Positions 18,387-27,709 of a stretch of DNA of 33,311 bases are shown here, one piece after another. This stretch comes from Coleofasciculus chthonoplastes F2-STO-03 (lineage in GTDB: Bacteria > Cyanobacteriota > Cyanobacteriia > Cyanobacteriales > Coleofasciculaceae). The notes under the pieces were generated by a model. It had not been told where the DNA came from. It did no database searches and saw only the letters and a list, made by a program, of their open reading frames with translations. The stretch lies in contig JAVJWO010000120.1 in NCBI GenBank assembly GCA_040222015.1, forward strand, positions 1 to 33,311. The letters run 5' to 3'. Positions within the stretch are counted from its first letter, which is position 1. Each line of letters opens with the position of its first letter. Made by a program: the position numbers and the translations under genes.

Positions 18387-20032
18387 ACCGCCAATAATGG
18401 AGCGGCTTGTAATAGGGTTTGGGTATAAGGATGCTGGGGATTGGTAAACAACGTTTCCGTTTCTGCCATTTCCACAATCTGACCCCGATTCATCACCGCG
18501 ATCGCGTCACAGAAAAACCGGGCTACCCAAAGGTCATGGGTAATAAATAAATAGGTTAACTCAAATTCCTGTTTTAGCGATCGCATTAATTCCAGTACCT
18601 GCGTCTGCACACTCGCATCTAACATACTCACGGGTTCATCACAGATAATCAAACGGGGACGAGTAATCAACGCCCGTGCGATCGCGACTCGTTGCTGTTG
18701 TCCTCCGGATAAGTCTCTGGGATAGCGGTGGTAGTAGTCGTCTGGAGGCGTTAATCCCACCCGTTCCAGCATTTCCATCACCTGCTGTTTCGCCTCTGTT
18801 GCTGTCGCTAGGTGGTGGATAAATAGAGGATCAGCAATACTATCACCCACTGTCATTAGGGGATTCAAACAAGCCAAGGGATCTTGAAAAATCATTTGGA
18901 TGTGTCGCCGCATATCCCGTAGGGATTTCCGGTTCAGTTGGGTTAAATTAATACCTTGAAATTCCACAATACCAGAGGTGGGTGGAATCAGTTGCAAAAT
19001 TGTGCGCGATAGTGTACTTTTTCCACATCCTGATTCTCCCACCAATCCCAAAACTTGACCCGGATACAGATCAAAGCTAACCTCATCCACAGCTTTGATC
19101 AGTTGAGGTTCGCGGGAAAACAATTGGGCAATAAAATTTTGTTCTAAGGTGAAATACTGCTTTAACTGTTGCACTCGGAGAATGGGTGTTGGTAGATTGT
19201 TCTTCGATGTAGAGACGTTGCATGCAACGTCTCTACATTGTTCCCCATCATTCACCGTTTGCATAAGCAGCGCCGCTTGCAGGAGCGATCGCGTATACTC
19301 ATGCTCAGGGTGGTGCAAAATGTCCCCAACTGCCCCTATTTCTACCAGTTTGCCCCCATACATCACCGCCACGCGATCGCAGTATTCCCCTACCATTGCC
19401 AAGTCATGGGAAATTAACAACAGCGCCATCTCCCGTTCTTGGCATAGTCGCGTCAGTTCCTGTAATATCTGGGCAGATACGGTGACATCTAGACTCGTGG
19501 TTGGCTCATCCGCGACAATCATCTTAGGATTGAGTAAAAGGGCGAGTGCGATCGCGACTCGTTGCCGCATTCCGCCACTAAATTCATGGGGATACTGGGA
19601 CCAACGGTTAGCCGGAATCTTCACCGCTTCTAGGGTTTCAATTGCCTTTTGCTTACACTCAGAACGCGATAACTGAGGTTGATGCGCTTGTAAGGTTTCC
19701 AGACAATGATCCCCAATCGTCATCAACGGATCAAGGCGTGTCATTGGATCTTGAAATACCAGCGCCACCACTCCCCCGCGAAACTGGCGCAGTTGAGTTG
19801 GGTTCAACTCAAAAACAGACTGTCCTTTAAATTTAATTTGTCCTTCAATTTTTGTTGCTGTTGGTAATAACCGCATCGCAGCGCGTCCCAGAGTGGATTT
19901 ACCACACCCCGACTCTCCCACTAATCCCAATCGTTCTCCAGGATTCAGGGTAAATGAGACATCATCCACCGCCCAATATCCCGGATTACTTGGATAGGCA
20001 ATGTGTAAATTTTCGATACAAAATAAAGTCAT
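18383..20032 (-). CDS. Dipeptide/oligopeptide-type ABC transporter ATP-binding protein (two fused ATPase domains)
   Basis: Two GESGCGKST Walker A motifs, FSGGMRQR/LSGGQQQR, DEP, HPYT. Confidence 0.95.
   Translation of the reverse strand: MTLFCIENLHIAYPSNPGYWAVDDVSFTLNPGERLGLVGESGCGKSTLGRAAMRLLPTATKIEGQIKFKGQSVFELNPTQLRQFRGGVVALVFQDPMTRLDPLMTIGDHCLETLQAHQPQLSRSECKQKAIETLEAVKIPANRWSQYPHEFSGGMRQRVAIALALLLNPKMIVADEPTTSLDVTVSAQILQELTRLCQEREMALLLISHDLAMVGEYCDRVAVMYGGKLVEIGAVGDILHHPEHEYTRSLLQAALLMQTVNDGEQCRDVACNVSTSKNNLPTPILRVQQLKQYFTLEQNFIAQLFSREPQLIKAVDEVSFDLYPGQVLGLVGESGCGKSTLSRTILQLIPPTSGIVEFQGINLTQLNRKSLRDMRRHIQMIFQDPLACLNPLMTVGDSIADPLFIHHLATATEAKQQVMEMLERVGLTPPDDYYHRYPRDLSGGQQQRVAIARALITRPRLIICDEPVSMLDASVQTQVLELMRSLKQEFELTYLFITHDLWVARFFCDAIAVMNRGQIVEMAETETLFTNPQHPYTQTLLQAAPLLAV
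19207..19238. repeat. GTAG palindrome inside the ABC gene linker
   Basis: ATGTAGAGACGTTGCATGCAACGTCTCTACAT, translated as CRDVACNVST. Confidence 0.9.
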
Positions 20033-21378
20033 TATTCACAAGATTGTTGTGTGCCATCGGGCAGAATGGCGTTACAGAGGTTCGCTTGGTTAAGATTAGC
20101 CCCCTCTAGATTAGCTCCCTCTAGATTAGCCTCTTGTAGATTAGCCTTCTGCAAATTCGCCCCCGCTAAATTAGCATTACTCAAATCGGCTTGAAACAAA
20201 GTTGCTTCCTCAAAGTTCGTGTTTTGAAGGTCAGAATTATACAGACTCGCACCACTCAGATTCACATTGCGGAAATTGGCTCCGTTTAAATTAGCATTAA
20301 ATAAATTAGCACCCCGTAGTTCACGTTCCTCAGCCCCTTGATTCACAATTTCCCAAACCAAACGCCATTTGAGATCAAGGGTAGTCTCTTCATTAATTTT
20401 GGCAGTTCTCAGGTTAGCATTTTCTAGATTAGCTCCGGCTAAATTAACATTTCCGAGTTCGGCATTTCTTAAGTTGGCATTGGTTAAATCGGCATTACTC
20501 AGGTCAGCATAGCGCAATTCAGTATTAGTCAACTGAGTACCTTGAAGATTAGCCCCTCGTAAATTGACAATAAATAAATACGCTTCAGCTAAATTGGCAT
20601 TTTCTAAATTTGCGTTTTCCAGATTCAACCCTTCTAAGTTCGCACCTGACAAATCCGCCCCCGCTAACGCTTGTCCGGAAATTCCTTGATTAACCAACTC
20701 CCAAATGAATAACCATTTGTCATTCAGAACCGTTTGACTATTAAATTGGGTTCCCCTTAAATCGGTGCGAAATAACTTGGCATTTTCTAAGTTAGCGCCT
20801 TTGAGGTTTACCCCTCTTAATGAGGTTCCTTCTAAATTAGCGTCACCGAGATTGGCTCCTTCTAGAGATGCATTGGCTAATTTAGCCTGTCTTAAATCGG
20901 TTTCCTGTAAATTGGTAAGAGTCAGATTAGCATTCTGTAATGAAGCATTCATCAGGTTTGCTTTCCGCAAATCTGCAAATTGTAAGTTGGCATTCTGGAG
21001 ATTAGCGTCTTCTAAATTCGCCTCTTGTAGATTAACGTTAAGAAGTTTGGCACGAAATAAATTAGCGTTAGCGAGTTGAGCATTCCGGAGATCTGCATCC
21101 TCTAAATTTGCCCCAGCAAGTCGGGCTTCCCGTAAGTCAGCTTCTCTTAAATCGGCTTCAACTAAGTTAGCGCCTTCAATATTAAACCCCCTGAGATTCC
21201 GCTTCCTCAAACGCACTCCCCGCAGATTACAAGTCGGACATTCTCCTTCATCTAAGAGCTTTTCTACATCTTGATCCTTGGCGGCTTGCACAGAATTGCT
21301 GAGACATAGCAGGATAACTAGAGCGATAGTTGTAAAGCCGATGGCTAAAGGCAGGGTTTTAATCGTGGATAAACGCAT
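20032..21378 (-). CDS. Secreted pentapeptide repeat protein
   Basis: Signal peptide, CPTC, long A(N/D)Lxx arrays; stop overlaps the ABC start (TAATG). Confidence 0.95.
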   Translation of the reverse strand: MRLSTIKTLPLAIGFTTIALVILLCLSNSVQAAKDQDVEKLLDEGECPTCNLRGVRLRKRNLRGFNIEGANLVEADLREADLREARLAGANLEDADLRNAQLANANLFRAKLLNVNLQEANLEDANLQNANLQFADLRKANLMNASLQNANLTLTNLQETDLRQAKLANASLEGANLGDANLEGTSLRGVNLKGANLENAKLFRTDLRGTQFNSQTVLNDKWLFIWELVNQGISGQALAGADLSGANLEGLNLENANLENANLAEAYLFIVNLRGANLQGTQLTNTELRYADLSNADLTNANLRNAELGNVNLAGANLENANLRTAKINEETTLDLKWRLVWEIVNQGAEERELRGANLFNANLNGANFRNVNLSGASLYNSDLQNTNFEEATLFQADLSNANLAGANLQKANLQEANLEGANLEGANLNQANLCNAILPDGTQQSCE

Positions 21379-21457
21379 AGAATAGTTAGTATAGATAAGT
21401 ATTTACTATTTTAAACCAGCATGTAAAAAACTCGAATTCAGAATTTATTAATCCATT

Positions 21458-21521
21458 GTAGGGGCGGGTTTAGGGACTCAATTTGGCTGGTTACCGATAA
21501 CTGAACAACAAAACCCGCCCT
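21458..21521. repeat. REP-like element GTAGGGGCGGGTTT...AAACCCGCCC
   Basis: Same arm family as 1321, 18324, 26615, 29705 and 31472. Confidence 0.85.
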
Positions 21522-21592
21522 TTATTCAATGGCGCTTTGGCTTCTCGATGAAAGCGAGTATGACGTAGCTTGCCATTCCCCACCTGAATATC

Positions 21593-21660
21593 GGTGGGTT
21601 ACGGCGGATAGCTGATTAAATAATTATCGCCTGAATTAAATTCCGCCTAACCCACCCTAC
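21593..21660. repeat. REP-like element GGTGGGTTACGGCGGA...TCCGCCTAACCCACCCTAC
   Basis: Inverted arms ending in CTAC. Confidence 0.75.
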
Positions 21661-21728
21661 GATTTATACAATTTTCAACATACCTTGATTAGGACGCACG
21701 GAATGTGCGCCCCGACAATCCCGCCCCT

Positions 21729-23363
21729 TTAAAATTGCAATGTGGTTCGTATTGTGCCAATGAATATATCATCGTTATCGCTATTATGATCCGGTGCAGT
21801 TAACCAAATTATCCCTGGTGTAATTGTAATATTATCGGTTAACTTATACTGGTAGAATGCTTCTAGATGTAGGGAAGTACTCGGATCATCAATGCCTAAA
21901 CTCTTCAATCGATCGCTCCCGGTGACTTTGGGTTCCATCCCGATCATAAATCCGCCGAGATTGCCAGTTTTGCCTAAATCCGGTAAGGCTAATGTTAGCG
22001 CCCAATACCACAAATTAGCATCCCCTTCATCAATAACATTGGCTTTGGTATAACCCGCCCATCCTCCAACCACAAATCGGGGATTAAGTTGTATGGAAGC
22101 AGCGAGGTTAACGGAATTTGTAACGACGGGTAAGTCTAATTGATTGACTAAATTAGTGTCTTGACTGCCGACTTGCCAGTCTTGGTTATACGCATTAACA
22201 TAAGTCAAGCCAATCGTGGCGCGATCGCGAATCTCAAATTTGACTTGGGCTAATCCGCCATAAGCCCCATCAAATAAGCCGTTACCGGGTTCCGGATTTC
22301 CGCCATTCCCAGCTAAATAGCCTAAACTGACTTCTAAGTGATCATTTACTGCATGTCTTACCCCGACACCCGCCCCACTAACTAAATAATAAATCGGCGC
22401 ACGAGTAGCAAAGCGAGATACCGCCCCACTCGCGCCATCCCCATCCAGGTAAGGGTTAATCGTATCCGTAAAATCATCCGCCGCCCCAGCATTCGCCGCG
22501 ATCACGACTTGCGTCTGATTCCCGATCGGGAAACGGTACAATAAAGCATCAATCTCCAAGTCACTATCACTAGCCCCAGTAAAAGATAGTTCCCCTTCCG
22601 GTGTACCTGTGCGACGTTCCAGACGCCCTAATCCTTCCGCTTGTAGTCGGGTTCGCAGTAAATCTTGACCCGTGAAACTCGTGTCTAAATTTAAGCGGGT
22701 ACGATGTCCCAATGTGGTGACAGTATCATCCTCAGAAACAATCCCCGCCGCGCCAATAATCACTTCTCCATCCAGTTGGGTTGTTGTCGAAAATTGGGTC
22801 AGTTCCAGTTCTCGAGTTCGGGCGGTTAAGGCATCTACATCACCCCGTAGCAGGGAGAGTTCTAAAACAAATTCATTGGTTAACTGTTCCAGTGTGGCTA
22901 AGTCTGTGGGAGGAACATCGCCTCCCCTAGCAATTAAGGATTGGATTTGATCTAAAGCCTGACGTAATCCGGCGGCAAATTCGTAGCGAGTCATTGACCG
23001 ATTGCCTCGGAATGTGCGATCGCGATACCCTGTGAGTATGCCATATCGTTCAATGAGCGATCGCAAGGCGGTATATGCCCAATCACTGGGCTGTACATCC
23101 CGCAACTGGGAAACATTCGTCACTTGACCTAAGCTATTATTATCGCCGTACTGATTAATTGGGTCTAAATGGTTCTCAGTCGGATCACTCGACTCATTCC
23201 CTACTGTTTCTGGACTCTCTAAGGTTTCCCCTAAAACACAAAACTCCCCCCCACCCCCACACCCCTGCACCTCAACCTCTTGTGCCGTAACAGTTCCAGC
23301 CCACACTACCCAAAACGCGATCGCAGTACTCATCCACAGCAGTTTCGGCAAAATTTGATCCAT
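21729..23363 (-). CDS. Cyanobacterial outer-membrane porin (SLH + OprB-type barrel)
   Basis: DVQPSDWAY..L..L.ERYG, TRYEFAAGL, QFSTTTQLDGE, C-terminal GTIRTTLQF. Confidence 0.94.
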   Translation of the reverse strand: MDQILPKLLWMSTAIAFWVVWAGTVTAQEVEVQGCGGGGEFCVLGETLESPETVGNESSDPTENHLDPINQYGDNNSLGQVTNVSQLRDVQPSDWAYTALRSLIERYGILTGYRDRTFRGNRSMTRYEFAAGLRQALDQIQSLIARGGDVPPTDLATLEQLTNEFVLELSLLRGDVDALTARTRELELTQFSTTTQLDGEVIIGAAGIVSEDDTVTTLGHRTRLNLDTSFTGQDLLRTRLQAEGLGRLERRTGTPEGELSFTGASDSDLEIDALLYRFPIGNQTQVVIAANAGAADDFTDTINPYLDGDGASGAVSRFATRAPIYYLVSGAGVGVRHAVNDHLEVSLGYLAGNGGNPEPGNGLFDGAYGGLAQVKFEIRDRATIGLTYVNAYNQDWQVGSQDTNLVNQLDLPVVTNSVNLAASIQLNPRFVVGGWAGYTKANVIDEGDANLWYWALTLALPDLGKTGNLGGFMIGMEPKVTGSDRLKSLGIDDPSTSLHLEAFYQYKLTDNITITPGIIWLTAPDHNSDNDDIFIGTIRTTLQF

Positions 23364-23498
23364 TTTTCGGTTTCTCCTTATGTCCGGTTGAATACTTAGG
23401 GTTGTTGAATAAGTAGGCTTATTTCTAGGACTTTGACTTTATAAACCTTTAATTCTTGACGGCTGAAACGATCACCTGTAAAAACCCCTCTACCTTGT

Positions 23499-25586
23499 TC
23501 AAAACAGCGTCCGCGATTCCAAATTTGCCTCGATATCGTGACGAGTCCGCCAAACCGATCGCAATTCCTTCTGTGCATACAAGGGTAACTGATCACCAAT
23601 ATGCCCAGAACCCGGTTGTGTGGCATTGCCATAAACCGTGAGTACCCTTGCCTTAATCGGATCAGAAAACTCGATCGCGGCAATATAACTATCCCCAGCT
23701 ACTGATTGCAACCCTGTCTCATCCATCGGGGCGAAATTAATCACCTGGAAACTGCCCAACTGCCCAGACGCGCCACTTCCCGGTAAATCCACATCCCCAT
23801 ACTTTAATCGCGCCCTCTCACCCCAAGGGACATCTAACCTCCCATACCCGGCTTTAACCCTAGCGGCGGCTTCTGCTAAAACCTCCACCGCCGCCACCGG
23901 ATCTGCCAAACTATCAGGGGTAGTCAGAGGCGATTGGGGATTCCAACCTGTAGCAAACTGATTCGTATTCGGCATTAATTCTACCCAAGTGGCAAACAAA
24001 ACCGTTCCGCGACTGTCTGCATTTGCCTGTCGATCCCAGTTGGCTAACACATTCGCGGCTTCATTGGCTAACTCATCCCCTGACTGTCGCGTTGCAGCAA
24101 TTAAGTCATCGAGTATCCGATCTGCCAATTCTAGACGCGAGGAGAATTTCCGGGCAATCATCTCCTCAAAACTAATTGAATTCTCCCCCATCAACATTTT
24201 TGCCGATCGCTGGGCGCGAAAATTCATCGATTGGGGTGCCATGTAGGGCGGATAATCATCAGGATTAATGGCTTGGGGGAATGTAGTCGTCCAGGGTGGA
24301 TCATTAGCATTTTGTAACCAACCCGTTTCTGGGTCAAGGATGCGAGGTAAATCTGGATAGGGATGATACCTTGTCCATAAGGTTTCAGAGGTATCGCCGG
24401 GAACCACACCCTGCCAATACTGCCAATCTCCCTGAGAACGCACTGGCACTTGACCATTAAATATATGTAAAATATGCCCGTCTCGGTCTGCATAGAGAAT
24501 GGTAAACATGGGCAGTTGCAAACGGGCGACGGCTGTTTCAAAATCTTGGCGGTTACGCGATCGCATCATATCCCACAACTGTGCCATTAATTGGGGTTGG
24601 TCTAACCCCACCACCCGCAACGCGATCGCATTCCCCTCCTGTGAACTAACTACACAACCATGAATCGACCGCCGAATCACCAATTCCTGTTCCTTTAGTG
24701 TCCCATTTTCCTGCTTTACTTTTAGGGTTTTGGTTTCGGTTTCAAAAGGGCGAACTTGCCCATCAAACTCATATCCCCCATCCGCCAAAGTAAGTTCATA
24801 AGCCGTCCAACCCCGATGAGTGTTTACTGTCGCGGTCCAACCCAACTGATCATTAAACGCGATGGATAACATCGGCATTCCCACCAACGCCGCCCCATAC
24901 GCATCAATCCCTGGGGCGGTTAACTGGGCTTCGTACCACAGGTAAAAATCAGACCAGGGTAAATGCGGATTCGCCAGTAGCATCGCATTCCCACTCGCCG
25001 AATGAGACGGTGCGATCGCCCATCCATTAGAACCCGCTTTGAAATCCCCCGATTGCAACGATTCCAAACGCTGGGGATTCACCACAAAGTTAAAATGAGT
25101 CACCCGTTGCAGATGTGCCAACACATCCACCCCATCCACGGGCAAAACCACCTTGACCTTATCGTCAATTTGGTCATCATGTTCGGACGCATACCGATTA
25201 ATCCCCGCCGCAAAGCTATCCAGATAACGCCGCATCGTCAGATCTTGCGCCTCGTACCATTCCCTTGCCCTGGCGGGAATACCCATAGTGCGGACATACT
25301 TATCGGAGTCCAAATAATCTTGCCCCCAATACTCTCCTGCCTTACCCCGTGCCTGTCCATATAACCTGAGAATAAGATTGCCATGACTCGCCGCTTGCGC
25401 CCAGCCAAACGCCTGGAATAGATTCTCGGTATTATTGCCGTAAATATGCGGTACGCCCCAGGTATCCCAAAGAATCTCTGTTTGATCGTCTCCAGTCACT
25501 GGACGGTGAATTCCCCAGGCTACAGTAAAAATCACCGTCAGCACTATTACGATCAAAACTGAAAATCTTTTGTTCAATCGGGACAT
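23499..25586 (-). CDS. Penicillin acylase family Ntn-hydrolase (possible AHL acylase)
   Basis: WDTWGVPHI, GSNGW (N-terminal nucleophile Ser), LLANPHLPW, QNAN; N-terminal signal/TM segment. Confidence 0.92.
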   Translation of the reverse strand: MSRLNKRFSVLIVIVLTVIFTVAWGIHRPVTGDDQTEILWDTWGVPHIYGNNTENLFQAFGWAQAASHGNLILRLYGQARGKAGEYWGQDYLDSDKYVRTMGIPARAREWYEAQDLTMRRYLDSFAAGINRYASEHDDQIDDKVKVVLPVDGVDVLAHLQRVTHFNFVVNPQRLESLQSGDFKAGSNGWAIAPSHSASGNAMLLANPHLPWSDFYLWYEAQLTAPGIDAYGAALVGMPMLSIAFNDQLGWTATVNTHRGWTAYELTLADGGYEFDGQVRPFETETKTLKVKQENGTLKEQELVIRRSIHGCVVSSQEGNAIALRVVGLDQPQLMAQLWDMMRSRNRQDFETAVARLQLPMFTILYADRDGHILHIFNGQVPVRSQGDWQYWQGVVPGDTSETLWTRYHPYPDLPRILDPETGWLQNANDPPWTTTFPQAINPDDYPPYMAPQSMNFRAQRSAKMLMGENSISFEEMIARKFSSRLELADRILDDLIAATRQSGDELANEAANVLANWDRQANADSRGTVLFATWVELMPNTNQFATGWNPQSPLTTPDSLADPVAAVEVLAEAAARVKAGYGRLDVPWGERARLKYGDVDLPGSGASGQLGSFQVINFAPMDETGLQSVAGDSYIAAIEFSDPIKARVLTVYGNATQPGSGHIGDQLPLYAQKELRSVWRTRHDIEANLESRTLF

Positions 25587-25784
25587 TCGCAATTAAAATA
25601 AACGTCGATATTTTTGTATGACTATAAATTATAGACTTTATTTGTTTAATCAACCACAATGAATTGTAAAATATTCCTTGAGGCTGAGTTCCTTCTTGGC
25701 TGCACCATTTTAGTGGCAATACGTTAAACTAGAAATTAGGTTAAGAATGGTAACCTAAACATCTCTAAAAAGAATAGAACATTA

Positions 25785-26573
25785 ATGTCCACTGCTTTAA
25801 TTACTGGAGCGTCGGCAGGACTGGGGGCTACATTTGCTCAGGAACTCGCTAAACGGCAAACCGATTTAGTGATTGTGGCTCGTTCCCAAAACAAACTACA
25901 GCAACTTGCCCAAGATTTACAAGCCACCTATGGAATTCAAGTTGAGGTTATTCCCCAAGATCTTACCGTACCTGATGCCGTCCCCAACGTCTTTGAAATA
26001 GTCAATCAGAAAAATATTTCCATCGATTTACTGATTAATAATGCTGGGTTTGGCGACTACGGTGCCTTTAGTCAGACGTCTCGGCGTAAACAGCTAGAGA
26101 TGATTCAGCTTAATATCCTGGCGTTGGTAGACTTGACTTATCACGTTCTCCCCCAGATGCAACAACGAGGTTTTGGAAGTATTATTAACCTCTCCTCAGT
26201 GGCTGGGTTTCAACCGCTCCCGTATCTATCCATCTATTCAGCAACTAAAGCCTTTGTTCTTAGTTTCAGTGAGGCGCTTTGGGCAGAAAATCAGCACACG
26301 GGTGTTAAAATTCTGGCAGCTTGTCCTGGACCAACGGAAACGAACTTTTTCACCACGGCTAATTTTGCCGAATATGCTCCTGAGAGTTTAAAACAGCAAC
26401 AAACCGATTCCCCGGAGGTGGTGGTGCAGGAAATTCTCCAGGCTCTAGATGCTGATGATTGTACGGTAGTAACAGGGCGATGGCAAAATAATTTTATCGT
26501 TAATCTGCCCCGATTTTTGCCCAGAAAAACCCTGGTACAGCTTGTCGAGCAGCAATTTCGTCCTCAAAAATAA
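25785..26573 (+). CDS. Short-chain dehydrogenase/reductase
   Basis: TGASAGLG, NNAG, YSATK. Confidence 0.95.
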   Translation: MSTALITGASAGLGATFAQELAKRQTDLVIVARSQNKLQQLAQDLQATYGIQVEVIPQDLTVPDAVPNVFEIVNQKNISIDLLINNAGFGDYGAFSQTSRRKQLEMIQLNILALVDLTYHVLPQMQQRGFGSIINLSSVAGFQPLPYLSIYSATKAFVLSFSEALWAENQHTGVKILAACPGPTETNFFTTANFAEYAPESLKQQQTDSPEVVVQEILQALDADDCTVVTGRWQNNFIVNLPRFLPRKTLVQLVEQQFRPQK

Positions 26574-26579
26574 AGAAAA

Positions 26580-26610
26580 AGGGAACAGGGAATAGGGAAT
26601 AGGGAATAGG
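26580..26610. repeat. Heptamer tandem repeat AGGGAA(T/C) x4
   Basis: Seen directly in sequence. Confidence 0.8.
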
Positions 26611-26679
26611 GGCTGTAGGGGCGGGTTTGACGGATAACTTATGGCGCCAAACCGATAACTTAACTAAACCCGCCCTTCT
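26611..26679 (+). repeat. REP-like element; inverted partner of 29702-29772
   Basis: GGCTGTAGGGGCGGGTTTGACGGATAAC...CCGATAACTTAACTAAACCCGCCCTTCT. Confidence 0.85.
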
Positions 26680-26841
26680 GGAAGTTACCACGTTCGATAA
26701 GGAAATGCCTCGGTTCACGAGCTATACATAAGTTTTATTGAAGTAAAAGATTAAGATTGCTAATTTTATTACTCTATACTGTTAAATCGTGTTGACTGAT
26801 TAAAATAGATTATTACCAGAGAAGATAAAACTCAACATGAC

Positions 26842-26872
26842 AAAGGTGCAACCCGGTTTAGGCTGCACCCTT
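26842..26872. terminator. Possible terminator hairpin between convergent genes
   Basis: AAGGTGCAACC-CGGTTTA-GGCTGCACCCTT stem with short A/T runs on each side. Confidence 0.4.
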
Positions 26873-26981
26873 TCAGTTGTCTGTATAAGTCGAGGGGTCT
26901 GAAAACGTTTAGATTAATCGAGGTAATCAAGGAATTATGACCAATTCGTCACGCCTCTGCTGCTATAGGAGCAGTTGAGGC

Positions 26982-27173
26982 TTAATAGTTCGCCACTGGC
27001 GTAATTTCGTCTCCTAACAGGGGTCCGTACAGATTGGAAGCACCCGTTTCGTGACTATTCCAGTTTCCTTGAATAAAGTAGATTCCATCATGGCTGGAAG
27101 CCGCGATTTTTCCCGTGTGACCCTTTAAAGAGCCTTTGGTGATTTGCACGAGTTCATGTTGCTTGTAAACCAT
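26982..27173 (-). CDS. Small KOW-motif protein, paralog 1
   Basis: VQITKGSLKGHTGKI fits KOW; paralog at 29349; GAGGGA RBS-like sequence. Confidence 0.8.
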   Translation of the reverse strand: MVYKQHELVQITKGSLKGHTGKIAASSHDGIYFIQGNWNSHETGASNLYGPLLGDEITPVANY

Positions 27174-27291
27174 TATGATCCCTCTGTTTCACGTTTGTTC
27201 AAAAATTAGCTTTTCTTACTTATACAGTATCTTGACAATTTTTTTACACCATCAGCAACGATCTTTAGACAGATTTTAGAAAGCCTTCAGA

Positions 27292-27309
27292 TTTACAATG
27301 TCTTACAAT
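27292..27309. promoter_or_regulatory. HLR1 (RpaB-binding) motif, one mismatch
   Basis: TTTACAAT-GT-CTTACAAT versus (G/T)TTACA(T/A)(T/A)-N2 direct repeat. Confidence 0.6.
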
Positions 27310-27550
27310 AACACAGAACTCTGGAAACCGTTGGTATTGCTGGGGTATAAGCGATGGGCATCCAACAGAACAAACGAGAAAGCAGATAGTAGAGGGCAAA
27401 AGGTTCCCAGGAAAATGTACCCTAGTTCATGCCTAGGGGTGACTTCATCAGATTGGGTATACACCGTTGATCCCTTGCAGGAAATACAGCTTTGGGATCA
27501 ATGGCACTGAAAAGCGTGCATTTGGGGAGCGCCAAAACCCTTGATATATC

Positions 27551-27571
27551 GTAGGGTGGGCATTGCCCACC
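27551..27571. repeat. Short GTAG palindrome GTAGGGTGGGCATTGCCCACC
   Basis: Same family as 8262-8282. Confidence 0.8.
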
Positions 27572-27709
27572 GCTTCAAAACATCATGCTCATCCTGTCAA
27601 GATAGAACTATTACGTCTTTTTTCTAAGAGCAGATCCTCGCCCGGTGATGGATTTAAAGTAGAAGTATCATCTCCTAAATTTCTCCTCATGTAAAAAGGA
27701 CGCTAAAAA

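Noticed and set aside
27298..27510. 70-aa ORF and CCGTTGATCCC/GGGATCAATGG hairpin
   Set aside because: No RBS or motif, overlaps the HLR1 site; the hairpin alone does not support an ncRNA call.
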